64,000 nucleotides of DNA from Methanomassiliicoccaceae archaeon (GTDB lineage: Archaea; Thermoplasmatota; Thermoplasmata; Methanomassiliicoccales; UBA472). The notes beneath the pieces are model-generated. The model was given only the letters and a program-made list of their open reading frames with translations. It did no database searches and was not told the origin of the DNA. The stretch lies in assembly GCA_963789555.1 (NCBI GenBank), contig CAWBKY010000004.1:7182-71181 (forward strand), given 5' to 3'. Positions 22,402-32,651 of the stretch are shown piece by piece; position 1 is the stretch's first letter, and each line of letters starts with the position of its first letter. A program made the translations under genes and the position numbers.

Positions 22402-24843
22402 GGAGAAAGGAGGAAAAGCTAATGGAAGGCCAAGGAGAAAAACCGCCAATGGAAGCGCGCCTCCAAAGGAAGATCGAAAAGAACAAGATGATGGTGATCA
22501 TCGTTGTCGTCATCTTGCTCGTTGCCGCGGTTGCAGTCGGATTTTATTGGTGGTATGGAAATGAGAAACCCTCTGTCGATGTAACAGCTGGCAGCGACCA
22601 AGTGAACGTTGGTGATCGGTGACGTTTGACGCCTCCGGTTCCAGTGCACCGTCCATGGCTAGCATAAGTGAATACAAGTTCGAATTCGGAGATGGGGAAG
22701 AGGTTAAAGGCTCTGAAGACGTGGTAGAGCATTCCTATGCCTTCCCCGGAAAGTACTATGTCTTGTGACAGTGAAGTCCAGTAACGGTGCGACCGCCGAT
22801 AACTTCGGCAAATCGTCAGTCTGGAGGTCTTGGAAGTCAGTACGACTTCGCCGAACCAGACGCGACCAAGCCCATAGCGATCGCTGCGGTCTCTTCGGAC
22901 TCTATCTCCAAGGGTAGCCAAGTGAACTTCACCGCTGCCTCGTCCATGAGCCTATAGCTGGGATGGAGGGGTGTTTGCCGACCCGTCCTTCATCCAGACC
23001 TATACCTGGAATTTCGGTGATGGTACGGCCAATGGAAATGGATCGGAGGTCAACCACACGTATGATGGGAAACAGAAGGTCTACATCTCCTACGTCACGA
23101 TATTGAGCGTCAATGGTGCGGTCAACAGGTATTACAACTGCATCATAGTCGGACGGTGAGGTAGGCGCGGTAAAGAACCCAGACACCTTCGTCTACGTGT
23201 CCATCGCAGAGCCAGACTATCTGGACCCTGCGGTGGACTATGAGACCGCTGGTGGCGAGAGTCATTCAGAACACTATGAAACGTTGGTCTGGTACGATGG
23301 CGAGAGCCTGCCACCTGAAACCGATGTTGGCGACCGAGGTCCCCACTGTGGCGAACGGTGCTAAGCGCGGACGGACTGACATACACCTTCAACCTCCGCC
23401 CGAACGTGAAGTTCCACAACAAGAGACCATGACCTCTGCGGACGTGGTCTATTCCTTCCAGCGGGTCCTAATGATAAATGATGCCAGATGGTCCCGCTTG
23501 GATCTTGGGCAAGTGCTCATCCCAGATTATTATGACTATAATGGAACGACAAAGGTTAATGGATGGGCCCTGGTAGGAAGTGGCCGGCATATATCCCGAT
23601 GAATGTAAGCTGCCAAGGCTATCTGGGCCGTTGATTCGGACACTGTTCAGTTCAACCTGACCATGCCGTACCCGGCGTTCATCTACATCATGGCACTACA
23701 CGTGGCTCCATCATCCCATGAAATATCGTGGAGGACAATGGCGGTATGACACTCGGGAGAGCAGAGCCAGTTGATGAACGAGAACATCTGTGGCACTGGA
23801 CCTTTCACCATGGAGAAGTGGGTCAGGAACCAGCAGATGGTCCTGCAGCGCTGCGATGCATATTGGCAGACCCCAGCTCGATTCAATATGTCATCATCAA
23901 AAAGGCCAACGACTATGGTACTCGCTTGATGATGCTTCAGGCTGGGGATGCGGACGGCGCCTATGTGCCCAGGATCCATGAGAGCGATGTTGCCTCAACG
24001 GCAACATGAGTGTGGTCAAGGACCTGCCAACATTCAACCTGGACTTCCTAGGTCTGAACCAGGACATCCAGATGACGCCAACCCAGCGGCGGGAACGGAC
24101 ACTATACCGTCTGACTTCTTCGCTGACCCCAAGGTCAGGCTGGCCTTCGCTCATGCCTTCAACTACCAAACCATATCGACACATATTTCCTCGGAGGGGC
24201 GGAGCAACCTAATGGTATCATACCGGCCGGCATGTTCGGCTACAATGATACTGTTCCAGTGTACGATATAATTTGACACTGGCAGCCGACTTCCTGAACC
24301 AGGCTGCGACAGGAGATGGCGACACCTGGGGCGAGAGGGGCTTCAAGCTCACCCTAATGTATAACTCTGGTAACGAGGGTAGGGCTCTGGAATGCCAGCT
24401 GCTCAAGGAAAGCTTGGAAAGCTTAGCAGCCTTCTGGATTGATAGAAGGTAATATCCAGATATCTGCCCAAGCTCTGGAATGGTCGTCATATCTCGATAT
24501 CTTAAGGGGTCGGGGATTGCCCGCATTCTTCCTCGGATGGGCCCCAGACTATGCTGACCCGGATGACTATGTCAACCCGTTCATACATGGCTCTGGAACC
24601 TATGCCAAGAGATGCAGCATCGTTAACGACACCTTAACCGATATGTGTGAGGAAGCGGCCAGTGAGTTGGATCCCGATGTGAGGGCAGAGATGTACTACA
24701 ACATCTCGATGGCGGTGTACGACAACTGCTATTACATCTGGACCGCGCAGGCGACCAACTTCCATGTCGAACGGACCTGGGTCAATGGGTACTATTTCAA
24801 CCCGATGTACCCCGGTCTGTACTTCTACACCTACAGCAAGTAA
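22402..24843 (+). CDS. Peptide ABC transporter substrate-binding protein with PKD domains (heavily frameshifted)
   Basis: N-terminal TM, PKD 'YTWNFGDG', 'LDPAVDYE', 'GTGPF', 'GWAPDYADPDDYV' and 'GYYFNPM'. Confidence 0.8.
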
Positions 24844-25072
24844 TTTAGGTAGCGGAGTCATGGATCAAACCCTTTACCATTTTTCTATTTTTATTAGAAA
24901 TTAGATGGTCAACATCATAAAAGTGACATTAAATGTCGAATCTGAGGATTATGTTTCATCAACAACCTCGCGAGGAAGAGTTTATAAATGCTGGCATCGA
25001 TGCAAAAATGACTGCTGGATATTGAAAATCTATTTATAGCAACGTGGTCCTCCGAAGAAAGGTGATGTGCCG

Positions 25073-26097
25073 ATGAGAATGACCTCCTACATCATACGAA
25101 GACTGTTGTTGTTCATCCCGGTACTCCTCGGGGTGACCATTCTGGTCTTCACCCTGACCAGGATCACCGGGGACCCTGGAGCGGCATACATCACTGAGAC
25201 GCATGAACGAGGAACAGATCGCGCAGATATATGATGAGTACCATCTCAACGATCCAATATGGGTGCAATATTTGTATTGGCTCAATGGAATAATCCATGG
25301 GGATTGGGGTCTTTCAAAGAGTGGATGGAGACAGACCCGTGACCGAATCGATAGCAAGATTATTTCCCTGCTACTTTCGAACTTACATTCTTTCAATGGT
25401 CATCGGTATTCTGGTCGGTATATTCGTCGGTACCGCCATCGCTGTACGCAAGGACAAGTTGTCCGACCATGCCGCTCGCGCCATTTCCCTGCTTAGGGGT
25501 ATCCATCCCCATTTTCTGGCTCGGTTATTGTTACTGAACGTATTCTATTCAATTTGGGTCTGTTCCCTTCGGGTGGCCAGTACAGCGATTATTATCTGAT
25601 CAATGGGTACCAGGAGTACACTGGTATTCCTGATACTGGATGCGATAATCGCCCTCGATTACGCTTTCTTTACCGGACCTGCTCTGGCACATCGCCCTTC
25701 CCGCCATCACCCTGGCGTTCGGCACCATCGCCCTCATCATCAGGATCATGCGTTCCAGCATGCTGGAGGTATTGAACCAGGATTATGTAAAGGCCGCCCG
25801 GGCCAAAGGTCTCCCGGAATCGACGGTCATCAAGCGCCATGCCCGACGCAATGCCATGATCCCCACCGTGACCGTGGCGGCATCTGGCGTTCGGCGGCTC
25901 TGTTGGCCGGAGCGGTGCTGACCGAATCCATCTATCGTTGGCCAGGATTGGGCGCATGGTCCGCCTCAGCGATCCTAGCCCTGGACTGGAACTCCATCAT
26001 GGGATTCACACTGCTGGTGGCCATCATCTATGTTCTGGGGAACCTCATCGTGGACATAATGTATGCCTATCTGGACCCAAGGGTCAAACTGGAGTGA
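25073..26097 (+). CDS. Oligopeptide ABC permease (OppB/DppB-like, frameshifted)
   Basis: 'YIIRRLLL', EAA-like 'RSSMLEVLNQDYVKAARAKG' and 'YAYLDPRV'. Confidence 0.85.
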
Positions 26098-26101
26098 TAA
26101 G

Positions 26102-27101
26102 ATGGCTAAGAAACCCACTGAGGCCAAGAAAGAGGCAATCGAAGCGGGCCAAGGTCAAACCCTAGAAGGGAGCTAGCGGAGCACGGGTACCAATGAGACC
26201 ATTGAAGCCAAGGATGCAATTCCTTCAGGACCTCGATGAAGCTGATTCTAAGGAATCCCCTTGGCGGTCACTGGTCTTATGATCTTGATAGCCATCATTG
26301 CCATGGCCTTCATGGCGCCTTACCTGGCACCACCAGTCTACCAGGACCCTTACCAGATGCCTAAGGACTATGAGCCACCAAAGCCACCCGGTGCGGAGGG
26401 TCATCCATTCGGAACCGGAAAATGGGGCTCCGACATCTATTATGGTATAGTCTGGGGGGCGAGGCTTTCAATTCTGGTCTCGATCTATGTAGTCTTCTGT
26501 GCGGCCATCATAGGAATTCTAGTCGGTGCCCTATCAGGATATGTAGGAGGTTGGTTCGACGAGATCGTGATGCGCATCACTGACATCTTCCTATCGATAC
26601 CAGGGCTGATACTTGTCGATGGCGATAGTGGCCGTGCTATCGCGAAATTTGGAAAATATCATGCTTTCATTGATCATCGTTTGGTGGCCTCCATACGCTC
26701 GATTGGTCCGAGGGCAGGTGCTCTCGGTCAAGGAGAGCACCTATGTGGAGGCGGCCCGGGCGGTGGGCGTGAAGAAGTCGCGCATATTGTTCCGGCACAT
26801 CATCCCCAATTCCATGGCCCCGATGATCGTGTCCATAACCATGGACCTGGGGGCGGTGGTGCTGGTGGCCGCGGCCCTTAGCTACATCGGTTTCGGCGTG
26901 CCGCCGGGAACGGCGGAGTGGGGCAAGATGGTCTCAGATGGCCAGGAGTATTTCATGAGCACGGTCGAATACAACGGCGAACTGATAAATCCCTGGTGGA
27001 TGGTGACCATCCCCGGTCTGGCCATATTGTTATTCGTAATGGGCTTCGCACTGTTGGGTGATGCTCTCCGAGATATAATGGACCCGAGGGCACGGAGGTG
27101 A
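26102..27101 (+). CDS. Oligopeptide ABC permease (OppC/DppC-like, frameshifted)
   Basis: 'HPFGT', 'YVEAARAVG', 'HIIPN' and 'GDALRDIMDP'. Confidence 0.88.
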
Positions 27102-27105
27102 GCCC

Positions 27106-28620
27106 ATGAGCAAAGAGAAAATGGTCGAGATACAGAACCTGTACGTGAATTTCTATACCCAATCCGGAGTGGTCAAGGCCATCGACGGCGTCAATCTCAC
27201 GCTGTTCAAGGGGGAGACCTTCGGCCTGGTGGGCGAGACCGGATGCGGAAAGAGCGTCACCGCCAACAGCGTCATGAAGCTGATACCCCAGCCTCCGGGA
27301 AAGATCGAGAAGGGCAGGATCTTCTTCATGCCCCCGGGCGGAACGGAGGAGGAGATGCAGAGGATCCAGGAGCAGATAAACGAGCTGAGGTCCAAGCCCG
27401 ACCTGCCCAAGGACGACCCGCAGATCAAGAGGTTGGAGAAGGATCTGGCCGAGCAGAAGGCGGTGGCCGACATCACCGCCCGATGGAACTTGCTCTGGAA
27501 ACAACCCGCCTCCCCGGAGCGCGATGCCAAGATATCCGATCTGGACAAAGAGCTCTATGCCATTCTCAACAAGTACGACCTCATCCCCCGGACCAAGAAG
27601 TACATGCAGAAGATCCGGGGCAAGTACATCTCCATGATCTTCCAGGAACCCATGGCGCGCGCTGAACCCGGTGTTCACCGCCGGTTACCAGATATCCGAG
27701 GTGCTACTGCTGCACGAGCGCAGGGAGCTGGCCAACTCGGCGCTGAAATCGGTGGAGGAGGAGAAGAAGTACCTCAAGACCCACAAGCTGGCCAAGAAGA
27801 TCAAGGACGTCAAGGGGGAGAACAAATGCAGCATCTGCAGCTCGGCCGTCCAGGACGAGGTGGACCGTTGCCCTAACTGTGACAACTACTTCAAGGCGGT
27901 ACCGCTCAAGCCGTTGAAGATCACTGTCGCTCAGATATGACCGCCGCCAAGCTGAAGCGCGTGAAGAAGAACCCCTACTCGTTCATCAACAAGCGCCTGG
28001 CCGGTCGCCGTATCAAGCTGGAATCGATGGAACGCGCCGAGCGCATGCTTCGCCTGGTCCGCATACCCGACCCGCAGAAGGTGGTCAACTCCTACCCGCA
28101 TGAGCTGAGCGGGGGGATGCAGCAGCGGGTGATGATCGCCATCGCCCTGGCCTGCAAGCCGCAGATGCTCATCGCGGACGAGCCGACCACCGCGTTGGAC
28201 GTCACCATCCAGGCCCAGATCCTGAAGCTGATGCGCGAGCTGCAGGAGGAGACCGGCACATCCATCCTGATGATCACCCACAACCTCGGGCGTGGTGGCG
28301 GAGATGTGCGACCGGGTCGGGGTCATGTACGCCGGGGTCGATCGCCGAGGTCGGTCCGACTGGCCCGGTGTTCAAGGAGCCATTGCACCCATATACCCAG
28401 GGTCTGATGAACTCCATCCCCAAGGTCAACATCGACCTGCCCCGGCTGGAGACCATCGAAGGGAAACGTGCCCAATCTGATCAAGCCGCCCTCAGGCTGC
28501 CGTTTCCATCCCCGTTGCCCATATGCCATGGACATCTGCCGCAAGCAGAAGCCGCCCATGATGGAGATCAGACCGAACCACTATGGCCGCCTGTCATCTC
28601 TACACGGGGGTGACCTTGTG
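27106..28620 (+). CDS. Oligopeptide ABC ATPase (OppD-like) with large insertions, frameshifted
   Basis: Walker A GETGCGKS, 'IFQEPM', 'LSGGMQQR', 'ADEPT', 'HPYT' and 'GCRFHPRC'. Confidence 0.88.
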
Positions 28621-29744
28621 AGCGAGGAGTACCTCATCGAGGCCACGAACCTGAAGAAATACTTCCCCATCCGAGGGGGTTTCTTCAAGAAGGAGCTCGG
28701 GGCGGTCAGGGCCATCGACGATGTCAGATTTCCAAATCAAGCGCGGCGAGACCCTCGGTCTGGTGGGGGAGAGCGGATGCGGTAAGACCACCACTGGTCG
28801 ATGCACACTGCAGCTCACCCGACCTACCAGCGGCAACATCTACTACAAGATGCCGGGCAAGGACCGGGCGCAGGATGAATGGAACTGGAGGCCTTGGAGG
28901 CGGAGACCTTTGGCAAGGACCAAGCCGAAGAACCGGCCAAGAAAAAGGAAGAAGGTGCCCCGACCACTCCGACCCGAGCATGCGGGAGCTTTGGGAGCTG
29001 CGGGAGCAATACGCCCTGAACCGAAAGAAGGACGAGGACCTCCGCCTCATAAGGCGCGAGATGCAGATAGTCTTCCAGGACCCGTTCTCATCCCTCAATC
29101 CCCGGTTCCTGATCAAGGACATCATCGGTGAGCCCTTGATGGTGCATGGCGTGGCCCGAGGCCAGGAGGTCATGGACCGGGTGCAGCAGCTGATGGAGAA
29201 GGTGGGCCTCAACCCGGACCACCTCTATAGATACCCCCATGAGTTCAGCGGGGGCCAGAGGCAGAGGATCGGGGTGGCCAGGGCCTTGGCCCTCAATCCG
29301 GACCTCATCGTGCTTGACGAGCCCACCTCCGCCTTGGACGTGTCCGTGCAAGCTCAGATACTCAACATGCTCAACGACCTGCAGCGGGACCTCAACCTGA
29401 CCTACATGTTCATCTCCCACGACCTGTCCACCATACGATACATGTGCGACCGGGTCAACGTGATGTATCTGGGCAAGATCGTGGAGTCCGGCAACAAGGA
29501 CCAGATATTCAAGAATCCTCTGCACCCGTACACCGAGGCGCTGCTGTCCGTCATCCCCGTGCCTGACCCGGAGCACAAACGGGAGCAGCATCATGCTGGC
29601 CGGGGATGTGCCCAGCCCAGCCAACCCACCATCGGGTGCCGCTTCCACACCCGTTGCCGTTACCGTCAGGAGATATGCGAGATCTAGGAGCCCGCCCTGG
29701 AGGACAAGGGCGACGGCCACCTGGTGGCCTGCCACTTCCGTTGA
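28618..29744 (+). CDS. Oligopeptide ABC ATPase (OppF-like), frameshifted, in-frame TAG at 29685
   Basis: GESGCGKT, 'VFQDP', 'FSGGQRQR', 'DEPT', 'HPYT' and 'CRFHTRC...*EPAL...HLVACHF'. Confidence 0.88.
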
Positions 29745-30144
29745 GGGGCGATGGCGAGCAAACGGTCCTATCAAAAATGTCGCACGGTCACCGAGCAGGA
29801 GGACCGATCCGGAGGAGAGCTGGTCCACATGGTTCAACAGCACGTATGCCCAGATACTGGTATGCATCTGTTCTGCTTGTTCATCGACTCGGTGGTCGGG
29901 ATTCGAGATCTACCAAGAGCATCGACGGCCTTACCGGCATGGTCTCGGCCATCATCGTCCTGATGGCCTTGGTCGCCGTGAGGTGGTCATCTACCGTTAA
30001 TGCTATGGGGGGAGGAGGGGCGATGGGCGACACTGGACGAGTGGACATGATACACATCTAAGGACTTGGGGCATGATTTCCTACAGGTAAAATTTCGAGA
30101 ATCATTATATGTCACGAATCGTGATGCCAGGGCGGGTAGTCAAT

Positions 30145-30565
30145 TTGACAGTCGTCAGCATGGCAGGATGTCATTTCGGCCCTTAAGAACACTTTGGGCA
30201 AGAAGGGCATGTCCGATGATGACATCGAGAAGTTGGCAGAGTATATGATGAGCTTCTTCGGTTTCGAGGGCGAGGTCATCGATAACAGGCTCACCTCCGA
30301 GGACCGGGACGTCTTCTACATGCTGGAGGAGGAAGGCTTCCTCACCACCACCCAGGAGGAGGTGCACCTGAAGAAGGGCAAGCTCTGGCGCATACACTAC
30401 TGGATCCTGAAGAAGGACCAGATCATCCGTTTGGCGCACCAGGGGAGCTCGGAGCTGAAGGGCGCCGATGAGATGTCCGCGGTGTACGATCAGATGGGAG
30501 ATGACGTCTGGAAGGACCATCACGACAAGGACGCAAGTGATCCCAGCCCCATCCAGAATGTTTGA
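30145..30565 (+). CDS. DUF6015-like Thermoplasmata conserved protein
   Basis: 'FFGFEGEVIDNRLTSEDRDVFYMLEEEGFL...GKLWRIHYW' recognised from memory. Probable 5' frameshift. Confidence 0.65.
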
Positions 30566-30600
30566 TATAGCACGTGTCCCTTTTTGCGTCAGGTCCCAAA

Positions 30601-32208
30601 ATGGTCAACGGTCTAGTCATCGCCGCCGCCATCATCATCGCCTGGTTCGCTTTCATCATCATCGTCAAGAGGAAGAAGCTGCTGGAGCGTTACAACATCA
30701 CTGTATACGGCCCGTTCCTCATGTGGCGCACCCAAGGGGGGAAGGACGCCATCGAATGGCTTTCCCGCCCGGCCCGATTCTGGCGCGTCTACGCCGGTAT
30801 CAGCCTGGTCATCGTTTTCGTGGCCATGTTCTCCATGTTCGCCCTGCTGGTCTGGGAGGTGACCTTGGTCCCGAACATCCCGGCGGAGTCGGCGCCATCC
30901 CCCGTGATGCTGCTCGGCATACCCGGGATCAACCCGCTCATCCCCATCTGGTATGGGATATTGGGCCTCATAGTGGCCATTGTGGTGCATGAGTTCGCCC
31001 ATGGCATACTGACCCGCGTAGGTAATATGGCGATCAAGGCGTTGGGCCTGATCTTCGCCGTCGTGCCCATGGGCGCGTTCGTCGAACCGGACGAGGACGC
31101 GCTGCGCACCACCTCTAAGAAGAACCGCATGCGAGTGTACGCGGTCGGTCCGGCCACCAACATCATAGTGGCCTTCCTCTTCGTCCTCCTCTTCTCCCAG
31201 GCCATGGTGACCCAGGCGGCGCCCATCTACGAGGGCCCGGTCATCATGAACAACGTGGACGACGGCCCGGCCGAACTGGCCGATCTAGGATATGGTTGTC
31301 AGATACTCTCCATCGATGGCGTCAACGTCACCGATCTGGATTCCTGGGCGAACGTCACCGCCCCCGCTGCCGGCTCTCTTGTCAATGTGACATATTTCCT
31401 TGAAGGCAAGGTCCGCAGCAAGGAGGTCTTCTCGGGAGTGGCGTTGACCTCGGTGTCCAAAGGTCTACCAGCATACGATTCAGGGATGCGCTCCGGCATG
31501 CTCATGGCCTCTCTGAACGACACGCTCATCACGAACGAGCACGACCTGAAGGAGGCGTTGGGGCTCACACTGCCGTTCCAGACCGTCAACGTCACCGTCC
31601 TGCAATGGGACGCGGGATCCGGCGACTACTTGGTGGTGGCCGGGCTGACCCAGGTGACGTTGGACAGTCGGAAGGCATATCTGGAGGACAACGGTTTCGA
31701 CGTCCCCTCCGACTACCAGGACGTAGGTTTCCTTGGCATCAACTCCGCCTATCTGGGCGCGGGGGTGCTCGAGCCGGAGACCATTCTTCTGGCCATGACC
31801 AACCCCTATCGGAACGTCGAGAGTGCGGGGGACTTTGTCACGGCCAGCCTGCGTTACATCGCCTTCCCCTTCATCGGCCTGTCTCCGATACAATCACCCC
31901 TGGCCGACCTGTTCGAGACCACCGGTTACCTGGCCTGGATGTCCATAGGCACCTTCTGGATCATCGCCAACTGCCTCTACTGGATATTCTGGCTGAACCT
32001 GATGGTCGGTCTGACCAACGCCCTGCCGGCGGTGCCGCTGGATGGCGGTTATCTGTTCAAGGACGCCATGGGTTCCGTGGTGGCGAAGCTCCGCAAGGGA
32101 TTGAGCGAGGAGGCAAGGAACCGGATCGTGGACCAGATATCCCTGGCGCTTTCCTTCCTGATACTCTTCCTGATCCTCTGGCAGGTCATCGGGCCGCGGT
32201 TCAACTAG
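30601..32208 (+). CDS. Site-2 protease (M50) with PDZ-like domains
   Basis: HEFAH, 'GAFVEPD', 'GPATN' and 'NALPAVPLDGG'. Confidence 0.92.
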   Translation: MVNGLVIAAAIIIAWFAFIIIVKRKKLLERYNITVYGPFLMWRTQGGKDAIEWLSRPARFWRVYAGISLVIVFVAMFSMFALLVWEVTLVPNIPAESAPSPVMLLGIPGINPLIPIWYGILGLIVAIVVHEFAHGILTRVGNMAIKALGLIFAVVPMGAFVEPDEDALRTTSKKNRMRVYAVGPATNIIVAFLFVLLFSQAMVTQAAPIYEGPVIMNNVDDGPAELADLGYGCQILSIDGVNVTDLDSWANVTAPAAGSLVNVTYFLEGKVRSKEVFSGVALTSVSKGLPAYDSGMRSGMLMASLNDTLITNEHDLKEALGLTLPFQTVNVTVLQWDAGSGDYLVVAGLTQVTLDSRKAYLEDNGFDVPSDYQDVGFLGINSAYLGAGVLEPETILLAMTNPYRNVESAGDFVTASLRYIAFPFIGLSPIQSPLADLFETTGYLAWMSIGTFWIIANCLYWIFWLNLMVGLTNALPAVPLDGGYLFKDAMGSVVAKLRKGLSEEARNRIVDQISLALSFLILFLILWQVIGPRFN

Positions 32209-32229
32209 ATCTGAAAAAAACCATGCCCC

Positions 32230-32496
32230 TCAGGGGGCGCCCCTTTTCATCCTTTCGTTGCACTCCGGGCATAGCTCGAAGTCCAAGGCGTTGAAGTTGG
32301 AGAACACCTCGTAGACCGAGGAGCATTGGCGGCACTGCTTGAACGCCACGAACTGAGGTTTGAAGAGGTCGCACTCCACGACACGCAGGTTCTTGCGCTC
32401 GTCGCGACGGAAGCACACCTCAGCGACACAATTGTCGCAAAGGCTGCGCCTCCTCACGTTCACATATCGGTGCTCACCAACCTTGACCATGGTCAC
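32230..32496 (-). CDS. Small Cys-rich hypothetical protein
   Basis: Eight Cys including CDNC, CRQC and CPEC. Codon style resembles host genes. Confidence 0.65.
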   Translation of the reverse strand: MTMVKVGEHRYVNVRRRSLCDNCVAEVCFRRDERKNLRVVECDLFKPQFVAFKQCRQCSSVYEVFSNFNALDFELCPECNERMKRGAP

Positions 32497-32594
32497 CTAG
32501 ATATCACCTTTCGTTTTCGACTGGGTCCCTGCGATATTTAATGTTTTGTCGTTGAATTCACGAAAATGCGGAACGAATCATTGGGGTGGGAAAG

Positions 32595-32631
32595 AAAAAA
32601 AGGAGGGGCCGGGCAGGGGTAGCCCGGTCCC
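32595..32631 (-). terminator. Hairpin plus T-tract terminator after nrdD
   Basis: Minus strand GGGACCGGGC-TACCCCT-GCCCGGCCCC then TCCTTTTTTT. Confidence 0.65.
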
Positions 32632-32651
32632 AAAGGCGTTGTTGATCCGGA

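Noticed and set aside
29750-30060. Possible small membrane protein after oppF
   Set aside because: Hydrophobic fragments lie in several frames and I could not reconstruct a reliable gene.
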